NCBI GenBank assembly: GCA_002389045.1
Contig: DGNS01000013.1
Location: 155,523-219,522 of the forward strand
Reading direction: 5' to 3'
DNA from: Thiotrichaceae bacterium UBA4486
GTDB taxonomy: Bacteria; Pseudomonadota; Gammaproteobacteria; Eutrophobiales; Eutrophobiaceae
DNA length: 64,000 bases
In this document: positions 47,800 to 55,835 of the stretch, in pieces
Position numbering within the stretch: the first letter of the stretch is position 1
Layout of the letters: the number at the start of each line of letters is the position of its first letter
The notes under the pieces: model-generated
The model's input: only the letters and a program-made list of their open reading frames with translations
What the model was told of the DNA's origin: nothing
The model's database searches: none
Made by a program: the position numbers and the translations under genes

Positions 47800-48016
47800 A
47801 GACGCCAGGCATGCCAGGAAAAAATACTAACGGAAACAGAATTTGGAATAGTACGGAATGGTGCTATCCCGAATTCTATATACCCTGGTCCTGCTCCTTG
47901 TCCATCTCACTGGATCCGGCTTCATGAATAGTGTGATTGACTTACCTGGCGTGAGAAAAATCCTTTGTCCCTGACCACGAATCCTGCTGACAGTCCTTTT
48001 ATTTAACTGGTATGGA

Positions 48017-48937
48017 TCAATACTGACCCTGCCAGCGGTAACCCTCACTGCCATGGTAGAATCCGTTGGCGTAGGGAAGAGAAGGTCCGTCCTCTTCCAG
48101 CCGGGTCATGGCTTCATCGGTCGATATGTCCTGGTTCAGCAATGCCCTGAAAACCCTGGCGGTAGCAACCATGTCATTGCTGTGCGGGGATATGCGAAAG
48201 GCGCCAATACCCAGACCCTGCATTTCAGGCAGCTCGCGCACCAGGTTGAGATAATTCCAGGACATTGTCTGCACACCGTTGATTGCCAGAAACGGTGAAC
48301 CGTTCATTGTTTTTAATTCCATCCCGTCAGGATCCTGCTCGCAGATGAAACCGCAATTATCCTTTACCCGATCATGCGCCCGGGCATGATAGCAACGCGC
48401 TGACAGCGCCAGTCCGATACGGCCGTAGACCTGAACTTCAAGGGAAATACCCAGCCTCGATGCGCCGGCACCCAGCACAAGCAGCGATTCATAAGGTAAT
48501 TCCGGTGGCAGGGTGAAGTGTGTTGCCCCTCTGGCAGCCAGTAATTCCAGTGTTTTTTCATTATAAACGTTGAGAAATGGCCCGATTCGATGCGCTTTGC
48601 CACGCAAAAAATTCAACGCCGCCGAATCATTGGCTTCGACAATCGTATCCGCCTGTGCGCACAATTCTTCGGTCAGCCTGCGTTCACGCACCAGCATGAT
48701 CTCCGCCAGGGTTGAAAATACCACGCGTTTTCCCGCCTGTTGCAGGCGTTCGATGACTTCATCGATATACGGTTTGAAAAAGGGTTCGCGTTTGGAGCAG
48801 ATAACCTCACCCAGGTAGACGGTATCCACGGGTGCTTCATCGGCGATACGGAAATAAAAGTCACGCTTTAGTTCGGCCGGCCAGTGAAAAAGAACCGGCC
48901 CCAGGGTCAACTCATGGCTCACGGGTTTCACCTCCAT
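48017..48937 (-). CDS. ubiV: U32-family protein UbiV (O2-independent ubiquinone hydroxylation)
   Basis: 306 aa. The N-terminus LTLGPVLFHWPAELKRDFYFRIADEAPVDTVYLGEVICSKR closely parallels E. coli YhbV/UbiV as I recall it. Overlaps ubiU. Confidence 0.85.
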   Translation of the reverse strand: MEVKPVSHELTLGPVLFHWPAELKRDFYFRIADEAPVDTVYLGEVICSKREPFFKPYIDEVIERLQQAGKRVVFSTLAEIMLVRERRLTEELCAQADTIVEANDSAALNFLRGKAHRIGPFLNVYNEKTLELLAARGATHFTLPPELPYESLLVLGAGASRLGISLEVQVYGRIGLALSARCYHARAHDRVKDNCGFICEQDPDGMELKTMNGSPFLAINGVQTMSWNYLNLVRELPEMQGLGIGAFRISPHSNDMVATARVFRALLNQDISTDEAMTRLEEDGPSLPYANGFYHGSEGYRWQGQY

Positions 48938-49947
48938 TTCTTGCCGGCGTAAGCGCCGTGAGATTGTTTATGACCCTCGGTGAGCGCCAGCAGATTGTCC
49001 ATTTGTAACTCTTCTCCGGCCAGAACACTGTCCACGGCCCGGCGCCACGAGGAAACCACTGTCTTGACATAGGCGCGCGAGCGCTGCCGCCCTTCGATTT
49101 TGAAAGCATTGACGCCGGCCTTTATCAAGTCGGGCAACAGGGTTGCAAGGTTCAGGCTCAAGGGCTCTTCGAAAGCGTAGTATCCCTGTTGCCTGTGCGG
49201 CGCCAGGTAACGTCCCTTGCAGATGGTCGGATAACCGGGACTTTGACCGCAGGGAAAACTGTCAATGGTAAAGATACCCAGCCTGGTCGTCAGGTTACGG
49301 TCCTTGTCTTCATCATATTTCACATGACTGGCGGGAGAACATACACCGTCCATATTCGTCGAATAGCCGGTCACATAGTTGGTCAGGCTGCAGCGGCCCT
49401 CAAACATCAAACCGTGATTGCCGAAGACAAAGCATTCAATTTCACAATCGATTTCCTGCTGCAGGGCCGTGATTTCCGGGAGCGTAAGGATGCGCGGTAA
49501 TACCACCCGCTTGACGGCGAATTCCTCGCAATAGTACCGGATCGCTTCGGCCGATGATGCGCCGGCCTGGACCGAGAGGTGCAGCCTTTGCCCGGGATGG
49601 CTGCTGCGGGCGTAATCGGCAACACCGATGTCGGCAATGATCAGGGCATCAACACCCGCCTCGACGCCGGTGTCTACCGCTTGTTCCCACAGCTCAAACT
49701 TGCCCGCGGGCGGAAAGGTATTGATCGCCAGCAGCACCCTGGCGCCGTGGTCATGGGCATAGGCCACGGCCTGTTTGAGTTCTTCCGGCGTGAAGTTGAG
49801 TCCGGGAAAGTTACGGGCATTGGTGGCATTGCGCAAACCGCAATAAACGGCGTCGGCGCCGGCATCCACCGCCGTTCGCAACGCCGCCGGTGTTCCGGCG
49901 GGACAGACCAGTTCCGGGCGTTTCAATGTGTCGTCAATCGATTTCAT
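48928..49947 (-). CDS. ubiU: U32-family protein UbiU
   Basis: 339 aa. LVCPAGTPAALRTAVDAGADAVYCGL...TNARNFPGLNF, ...YPTICKGRY... and ...FKIEGRQRS parallel E. coli YhbU/UbiU as I recall it. Confidence 0.85.
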   Translation of the reverse strand: MKSIDDTLKRPELVCPAGTPAALRTAVDAGADAVYCGLRNATNARNFPGLNFTPEELKQAVAYAHDHGARVLLAINTFPPAGKFELWEQAVDTGVEAGVDALIIADIGVADYARSSHPGQRLHLSVQAGASSAEAIRYYCEEFAVKRVVLPRILTLPEITALQQEIDCEIECFVFGNHGLMFEGRCSLTNYVTGYSTNMDGVCSPASHVKYDEDKDRNLTTRLGIFTIDSFPCGQSPGYPTICKGRYLAPHRQQGYYAFEEPLSLNLATLLPDLIKAGVNAFKIEGRQRSRAYVKTVVSSWRRAVDSVLAGEELQMDNLLALTEGHKQSHGAYAGKKWR

Positions 49948-50518
49948 GGATACGGATTTTTCTCATCATGGATAACAGATGTCTGCCCGGGGGGCCAAAT
50001 ACGTCGGCGGCATCATCAGCGATGCTGCTTTCCAGGTCATCCAGCGCATTGCGCAGGCAGACCACGATTTCCGTATCACCCTCGATCATTAAATCACGGG
50101 TAAAAAACAATGCGTCACCGTCCAGGTTGCCGTCGACCAGGTTGAGCAGGGTCAGGAATGTACCGGCAATACGCGCGTCGCAGCGTGGCAGGTTGCAGCG
50201 CCGACAGGCCCGTAACCCGGGTCTTTGCGGGTGTGGCCGCAGAACCAGTGCAAAAGGCAGATTCAGCGGGTCGATGATCAGTTGTTTGTCCTTGTGCTCG
50301 CCGATACGATCAAATAACTCCGGCCGGGTGCGGGCGATATGCCGGGCGATCCTGGCCAGCGCCGGTTGAATAATAAACAGGGGCACCGGGGCCAGCGCAC
50401 AGTTTACAACTGCAGAGGCGCGGTCCGGGTGTGGGTTTATTCTGGATTTGCTGGCTTGCGTAGCGTACACAAAATAACCATATACCGGCCCATGAGGGGA
50501 GTGAATGATCCAGGTCAA
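49934..50518 (-). CDS. ubiT: SCP2-domain ubiquinone biosynthesis accessory factor UbiT
   Basis: Contains an SCP2-like C-terminal core (DGDALFFTRDLMIEGDTEIVVCLRNALDD), as in YhbT/UbiT. Overlaps ubiU by 14 nt. The exact start is uncertain. Confidence 0.78.
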   Translation of the reverse strand: MTWIIHSPHGPVYGYFVYATQASKSRINPHPDRASAVVNCALAPVPLFIIQPALARIARHIARTRPELFDRIGEHKDKQLIIDPLNLPFALVLRPHPQRPGLRACRRCNLPRCDARIAGTFLTLLNLVDGNLDGDALFFTRDLMIEGDTEIVVCLRNALDDLESSIADDAADVFGPPGRHLLSMMRKIRIHEID

Positions 50519-50928
50519 GCTTCACTGACAAATTACGAAAAGCACCGGGGTTTCTCACAACGGCCAGTGCCGGTATGACCGGACGCTTTCTGTTACCGTT
50601 CCATCGGCGCCCGTAATGTTTACCTGTGAAATACCAGCACGGTCTTTATGTAAAACTGTTTCGTGGCCGGTGTGATGCGCCGGCTGTGGTAGTGGAAACA
50701 GGGGCGTTACGTGATGTGCTACGGGCTGAATTCAGGGAATGAATGAAAGCGGTAAAGAGGCCGGAATCCACTGGTGCGGGCAACATTCCCGCCTCTGGAC
50801 TCGTCGCAATGACTTAACATTCTGAAATGAAAGGCAATTCATCCCCGCAGATAATTCTGACCTGTACCGGACAGCCACGGATTTCCCGGCTTAGTACCTG
50901 AGTGATCATGAGCGCAATATCTGGTGTC

Positions 50929-50942
50929 TTGATTCAGATCAA
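50929..50942. promoter_or_regulatory. Consensus FNR box of a class II-type promoter upstream of nrdD
   Basis: TTGATTCAGATCAA is a perfect match to TTGAT-N4-ATCAA. TATAAT at 50965..50970 places the box centre about 32 nt upstream of the -10 centre, which puts it near -41.5. Confidence 0.75.
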
Positions 50943-51020
50943 TGCACAAGATATTGGGGTTGACTATAATTCCCGCTCGTCTGATCAGTCATTCAATAAT
51001 AATATCCGGGGGAAGTGACC

Positions 51021-53066
51021 ATGCTAGAGATAGACAGCCTGGCGGTATCCCAGCCGCCAAAATCTACATCGATTAACGAAATCGTCAAGCGTGACGGCAG
51101 CCGCGTTCGCTTCGAGGCGGACAAGATCCAGTCCGCCATTCAACGCGCCGGTCAGGCAACGGGCGAATTTGATGCAACAGTGGCGCGCGAACTGGCCCGC
51201 CAGGTGCTGGCGCGCCTTGAGGCGATGCAGCCGGCCCCGCTGACCATCGAGGCGATTCAGGACGTGGTTGAACAAACCCTGGTCGACAGCGATTTTTTCA
51301 AAACCGCCCGCGCCTACATTGTCTACCGCGAGCAGCACCGGCGCCTGCGTCAGGATCGCAAGACCCTGGTGGACGTGGAGAGCGCAATGAATGAGTACCT
51401 GAACCGCCAGGACTGGCGCATCAATGCCAACGCCAACCAGGGTTATTCGCTCGGTGGTCTGATTCTCAATGTGTCGGGCAAGGTGGTCGCCAATTACTGG
51501 CTCAGTCATGTCTATCCACCGGAGATCGGCGAAGCGCATCGCGAAGCCGATATTCATGTGCACGATCTGGACATGCTCTCCGGTTACTGCGCCGGCTGGT
51601 CGCTGCGCGTGCTGCTGCAGGAAGGGCTCAACGGCATCCCCGGCAAGGTCGAGGCCGGGCCGCCACGGCACCTGAGTTCGGCGGTCGGACAGATTGTCAA
51701 TTTCCTCGGTACCCTGCAGAACGAATGGGCCGGCGCCCAGGCGTTCAGTTCCTTCGATACTTACATGGCCCCGTTCATACGCAAGGACAACCTGGATTAC
51801 AGCGAAGTCCGGCAATGTATACAGGAACTGATTTACAACCTGAATGTACCCTCGCGCTGGGGTACGCAAACACCGTTCACCAATCTGACCTTTGACTGGA
51901 CTTGTCCGGAGGATCTGCGCGAACAGGCGCCGGTCATCGGTGGTGAGGAAATGCCGTTTACCTACGGTGAATTGCAACAGGAAATGGATCTCATCAACCG
52001 CGCCTACATCGAGGTGATGGCAGCCGGAGATGCCCGCGGCCGCGTCTTCACGTTCCCGATACCGACCTACAACATCACCCGGGATTTTCCCTGGGACTCC
52101 GAAAATGCCGATCGCCTGTTCGCCATGACCGCCCGCTACGGCTTGCCGTATTTCCAGAATTTCATCAATTCCGACCTGGAACCAAACATGGTGCGCTCCA
52201 TGTGCTGCCGGTTGCAACTTGATTTGCGCGAGCTGTTGAAGCGCGGCAATGGCCTGTTCGGCAGCGCCGAACAAACCGGTTCGCTGGGTGTGGTTACCGT
52301 CAACTGTGCGCGCCTGGGTTATCTTTACCGCGGTGATGAGGGCGGTCTTTATCGCCGCCTCGACGAGTTGCTGGAACTGGGCAAGCAGAGCCTGGAGATC
52401 AAGCGTAAGGTCATCCAGCGCCACATGGACGCCGGACTGTTTCCCTATACCCGGCGCTACCTCGGCACGTTGCGTAACCACTTCTCCACGCTGGGCGTCA
52501 ACGGCATCAACGAGATGATCCGCAACTTCACCGAAAATGCGCACGATATCACCAGCGAGTGGGGTTATGATTTCGCCGCCCGGCTGCTGGATCATGTGCG
52601 TGAGCGCATGGTGGCGTTTCAGGAAGAAACCGGTCATCTGTACAACCTTGAGGCGACTCCGGCCGAGGGCACTACGTATCGCTTCGCCCGCGAGGATCGC
52701 CGGCGCTATCCGGATATCCTGCAAGCAGGCACCGACGAGCAGCCCTACTACACCAATTCATCACAACTCCCGGTGGGTTTTACGGATGATCCGTTCGAAG
52801 CCCTGGAACGCCAGGATGAACTGCAGCGCAAGTATACCGGCGGTACGGTGCTGCACCTGTACATGAGCGAGCAGATCTCCAGCACCGATGCCTGCAAACG
52901 CCTGGTCCGTCGGGCCCTGGAACGCTTCGGCCTGCCGTACATCACGGTGACACCGACATTTTCCATCTGCCCGAAACACGGCTATTTGTCCGGTGAGCAT
53001 GAGTTCTGCCCGCGTTGCGATGAGCAGATTCTGGCTGACAAGCAGGCGGCACTGGCGAAGCACTGA
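51021..53066 (+). CDS. nrdD: Anaerobic (class III) ribonucleoside-triphosphate reductase large protein, ending after the Zn-ribbon and lacking the glycyl-radical motif
   Basis: N-terminal ATP-cone (IVKRDGSRVRFEADKIQSAI), a class III RNR body, and a C-terminal CPKH...CPRC motif. The ORF opens at a GTG at 51015, but I chose the ATG at 51021, which has GGGGGAAG upstream. No R-x-x-G-Y motif appears before the stop. Confidence 0.9.
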   Translation: MLEIDSLAVSQPPKSTSINEIVKRDGSRVRFEADKIQSAIQRAGQATGEFDATVARELARQVLARLEAMQPAPLTIEAIQDVVEQTLVDSDFFKTARAYIVYREQHRRLRQDRKTLVDVESAMNEYLNRQDWRINANANQGYSLGGLILNVSGKVVANYWLSHVYPPEIGEAHREADIHVHDLDMLSGYCAGWSLRVLLQEGLNGIPGKVEAGPPRHLSSAVGQIVNFLGTLQNEWAGAQAFSSFDTYMAPFIRKDNLDYSEVRQCIQELIYNLNVPSRWGTQTPFTNLTFDWTCPEDLREQAPVIGGEEMPFTYGELQQEMDLINRAYIEVMAAGDARGRVFTFPIPTYNITRDFPWDSENADRLFAMTARYGLPYFQNFINSDLEPNMVRSMCCRLQLDLRELLKRGNGLFGSAEQTGSLGVVTVNCARLGYLYRGDEGGLYRRLDELLELGKQSLEIKRKVIQRHMDAGLFPYTRRYLGTLRNHFSTLGVNGINEMIRNFTENAHDITSEWGYDFAARLLDHVRERMVAFQEETGHLYNLEATPAEGTTYRFAREDRRRYPDILQAGTDEQPYYTNSSQLPVGFTDDPFEALERQDELQRKYTGGTVLHLYMSEQISSTDACKRLVRRALERFGLPYITVTPTFSICPKHGYLSGEHEFCPRCDEQILADKQAALAKH

Positions 53067-53178
53067 CGCGGTTTGGTGAACGCCGCTGCATGGCCCGGCT
53101 GCATCGGCACAGAGAGATTTCCGGGATACGTTAAATAAAATCAAAGAGGGTTTTTTCACCTGAGGAGGTAACAAGACC

Positions 53179-53364
53179 ATGAACCAGCAACTACAACAAT
53201 CATGCACTGACACCATCCGGTTAAGTGACGAAGAGCGCCAGCCCTGCGAAGTGTGGACACGGGTCATGGGGTATCATCGTCCGGTGGCCTCTTTCAATAC
53301 CGGCAAGCAGGGTGAACATCATGAGCGCCGCCATTTCCGCGAGCAACCCACTGCAACCCTGTGA
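53179..53364 (+). CDS. Stand-alone NrdD C-terminal glycyl-radical peptide
   Basis: 61-aa ORF with its own GAGGAGG (53162..53168) 10 nt upstream of the ATG. It contains EVWTRVMGYHRPVASFNTGKQGEHHERRHF, which resembles class III RNR glycyl-radical C-termini (R-V-x-G-Y-x-R-P). Confidence 0.75.
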   Translation: MNQQLQQSCTDTIRLSDEERQPCEVWTRVMGYHRPVASFNTGKQGEHHERRHFREQPTATL

Positions 53365-54079
53365 ACAGTCCGGGCCGCCCACCCTGCGGGTGGGTGGCCT
53401 GACACCGCTGACGACGACGGATTACCCGGGACAACTCGCGGCAGTACTGTTTTGCCAGGGCTGCCCCTGGGCCTGTGGCTATTGTCACAATCCGCACCTG
53501 ATACCGGCCCGTTCGGACAACGGCCGGGACTGGGAACATATCACCGGGTTTCTGCAACGCCGCCGCGGCCTGCTCGATGCGGTTGTCTTCTCCGGCGGTG
53601 AACCGCTCTACCAGCGTGGCCTGGATACGGCGGTGACAATGGTCAGGGATATGGGATTTCGTGTCGGCCTGCATACCGGCGGCTCCTATCCGGATCACCT
53701 GCAACGCCTGTTGCCGCAACTGGACTGGGTAGGACTGGATATCAAGGCGCCGTTCGACCGTTACCCGCAGGTAACCGGCGTACCGGGCAGCGGAGAGCGT
53801 GCGCGAAGAAGTCTGGAGCACCTGCTGGCAAGTGACTGTGATTATGAAATTCGTACCACCGTTCATCCGCTGATTTTCAGCCCGTCCGGCTTGCGGGACC
53901 TGGCGCGGCAACTGGCGTCACTGGGTGTTCGGCATTATGTACTGCAGGCGTTTCGCGACACCGGTTGCATGAACAGCGCCTATCAACAGGTGTCGGCAAC
54001 ATCACTGCTGGATAGCGGGTTGCGTGATGAACTGCAGGGCCTGTTCGAAGACTTCACCATACGCGGACTTGCAGACTGA
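53321..54079 (+). CDS. nrdG: Anaerobic ribonucleotide reductase activating protein (radical SAM)
   Basis: I chose the ATG at 53321 (MSAAISAS...). The CQGCPWACGYCHN cluster motif follows a TTDYPG segment. It overlaps the 61-aa ORF by 44 nt in another frame. Confidence 0.9.
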   Translation: MSAAISASNPLQPCEQSGPPTLRVGGLTPLTTTDYPGQLAAVLFCQGCPWACGYCHNPHLIPARSDNGRDWEHITGFLQRRRGLLDAVVFSGGEPLYQRGLDTAVTMVRDMGFRVGLHTGGSYPDHLQRLLPQLDWVGLDIKAPFDRYPQVTGVPGSGERARRSLEHLLASDCDYEIRTTVHPLIFSPSGLRDLARQLASLGVRHYVLQAFRDTGCMNSAYQQVSATSLLDSGLRDELQGLFEDFTIRGLAD

Positions 54080-54465
54080 AATTCATGGCAACAGGGATAT
54101 AGCCGCCGCTCCATCCTGTGGGTGTTCAGTGCCCGGGACGAGCGTAATACCAGGTCACTCTGTTTATCCAAATCCATGCCGCCTCGTTGTGATTAATGCA
54201 AACTTGTCACATAATCAAGAGGATAATTTATTCTCCCATCGCATACACCGTTGCAAACAGGCCATCTGGTGAAGCATCCCAACAACATGCAAAAACAGCC
54301 ATGAGCATGGCGAATACCGGCAAGGGCCGGATCAACAGCCGTAAAGACAAAATAAACTGGACGGATTCAACACTATCGTGAACGCATGATCCAGCAGACT
54401 AATGTATAACCGGCGGTTTCACACAGTCCGCCAGCCTCATTCCCAAAAAAAAGAGGGTAACCCAT

Positions 54466-55638
54466 ATGAAACAGGATAAACCTGCTGGATTGGCCACGCG
54501 AAGCATTCACGGCCACAGCTACAAGGACGCACACGGCAGTCCCCACATGCCGACCTATGATACGACCACTTTTACATTCGAGAGCACCGCCGACATACTC
54601 GATGTAGTGGAAGGCCGCAAGGTGGGCAGCCTCTACACCCGCTACGGTCTCAACCCGTCCATCTTCGCGCTGGAGGAAACCCTGGCCGGACTGGAGAATG
54701 CCGAACTGGCCTGGGTCTTCTGCTCGGGCATGGCCGCTGTAACCTCGCTGTTTTTGACCCATGGTTTTGCAGGCATTATCTGCATCGGTGATGCCTACGG
54801 TGGCACCATGGAGTTGCTGTCGGATCAATTGCCGAAGCTGGGCATTCCGACCCACCTGATCCTTGGCAGCGAGCTGGATCAACTGGATTCGCTGCTCGCT
54901 GCCGGTGCCGGCATGGTGTTTCTTGAGACACCTACCAACCCGACACTGGAGTTGTTTGATATTGCCGGGATAGCCCGTCGTGCCCATGCCCATGGCGCGA
55001 TTGTAGCCGTCGATAACACGTTTGCCTCACCGGTGAATCAACAGCCACTGGCGCTGGGGGCCGATGTGGTCGTACATAGTGCCACCAAGTATCTGGGTGG
55101 ACACAGCGATGTGACGGCCGGGGTTCTGATGGGCTCGAAAGAATTGTTGGCCCCGGTCTGGAGTTGGCGCAAGAACCTGGGCTCGATGCCGGCGCCGGCC
55201 ACGGCCTCGCTACTGGCCAGAAGTCTGCGCACGCTGGTGATCCGGATTAAACAGCAGAACGCCTCGGCGCAGTCAATCGCCGAGGTCATGGCCAGGCACC
55301 CGGGTGTTGAGCGGGTTTTCTATCCCGGCCTGCCGGATTTCCCCGGGCATGCATTGGCCCGTGAGCAGATGCAAGGCTTCGGCGGCATGCTCAGCATCGA
55401 GGTGAAGGGTGGACGTGAAGCCGCCACACGCACGGCGAACAGTCTGCGGTTGTTCGCCCTTGCCCCAAGCCTGGGCGGTGTAGAAAGTCTGGTTACCCAA
55501 CCCTGTACCACGTCTCACCACGGGCTGACCCCGGAAGAGCGGGCAAGGCGCGGCATTTCAGACGCTCTGCTGCGTTTTTCCGTGGGGCTGGAAGATACCG
55601 ATGACCTCATTGCCGACCTGGAGCAGGCGCTGCCGTGA
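54466..55638 (+). CDS. Cys/Met-metabolism PLP-dependent enzyme (cystathionine gamma-synthase / beta-lyase / gamma-lyase family)
   Basis: 390 aa with the PLP-lysine motif SATKYLGGHSD and family-typical ETPTNP and LAPSLGGVESL segments. Confidence 0.88.
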   Translation: MKQDKPAGLATRSIHGHSYKDAHGSPHMPTYDTTTFTFESTADILDVVEGRKVGSLYTRYGLNPSIFALEETLAGLENAELAWVFCSGMAAVTSLFLTHGFAGIICIGDAYGGTMELLSDQLPKLGIPTHLILGSELDQLDSLLAAGAGMVFLETPTNPTLELFDIAGIARRAHAHGAIVAVDNTFASPVNQQPLALGADVVVHSATKYLGGHSDVTAGVLMGSKELLAPVWSWRKNLGSMPAPATASLLARSLRTLVIRIKQQNASAQSIAEVMARHPGVERVFYPGLPDFPGHALAREQMQGFGGMLSIEVKGGREAATRTANSLRLFALAPSLGGVESLVTQPCTTSHHGLTPEERARRGISDALLRFSVGLEDTDDLIADLEQALP

Positions 55639-55835
55639 ACAATCCTGTCTCCCTGGATCACCATGCCACCACGTCCGTTGCAGACGCAGTGGCCGATGCG
55701 ATGGCGCTTACGTTACGGAAAATTCCGGCAATCCGTTGCCTGCCTCAATGGCGGTCGTGCCGGCAGGCTCGTGTTCACCGCCAGCCCTGTAAGACATCTG
55801 TTTGCCACATCTGATCGAAGCCGGCATAACCTGCT

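Noticed and set aside
51024-52724. 566-aa ORF on the minus strand, antisense to nrdD
   Set aside because: It lies entirely inside the well-supported nrdD frame. Its translation is Ala/Gly/Arg/Leu/Gln-rich and low in complexity, as expected for the reverse frame of GC-rich coding DNA, and it has no recognisable motifs.
53067-53178. An intron, intein or programmed frameshift as the explanation for the nrdD interruption
   Set aside because: The 112-nt spacer is far too short for a group I intron (as in phage T4 nrdD) or for an intein. The downstream piece has its own Shine-Dalgarno sequence and ATG. A sequencing artefact remains possible and is listed as a check.
54080-54465. A possible riboswitch or leader upstream of the Cys/Met PLP enzyme
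   Set aside because: I could not recognise any SAM or other riboswitch core by eye. I saw only an imperfect hairpin next to an A-run. A covariance-model scan would be needed.
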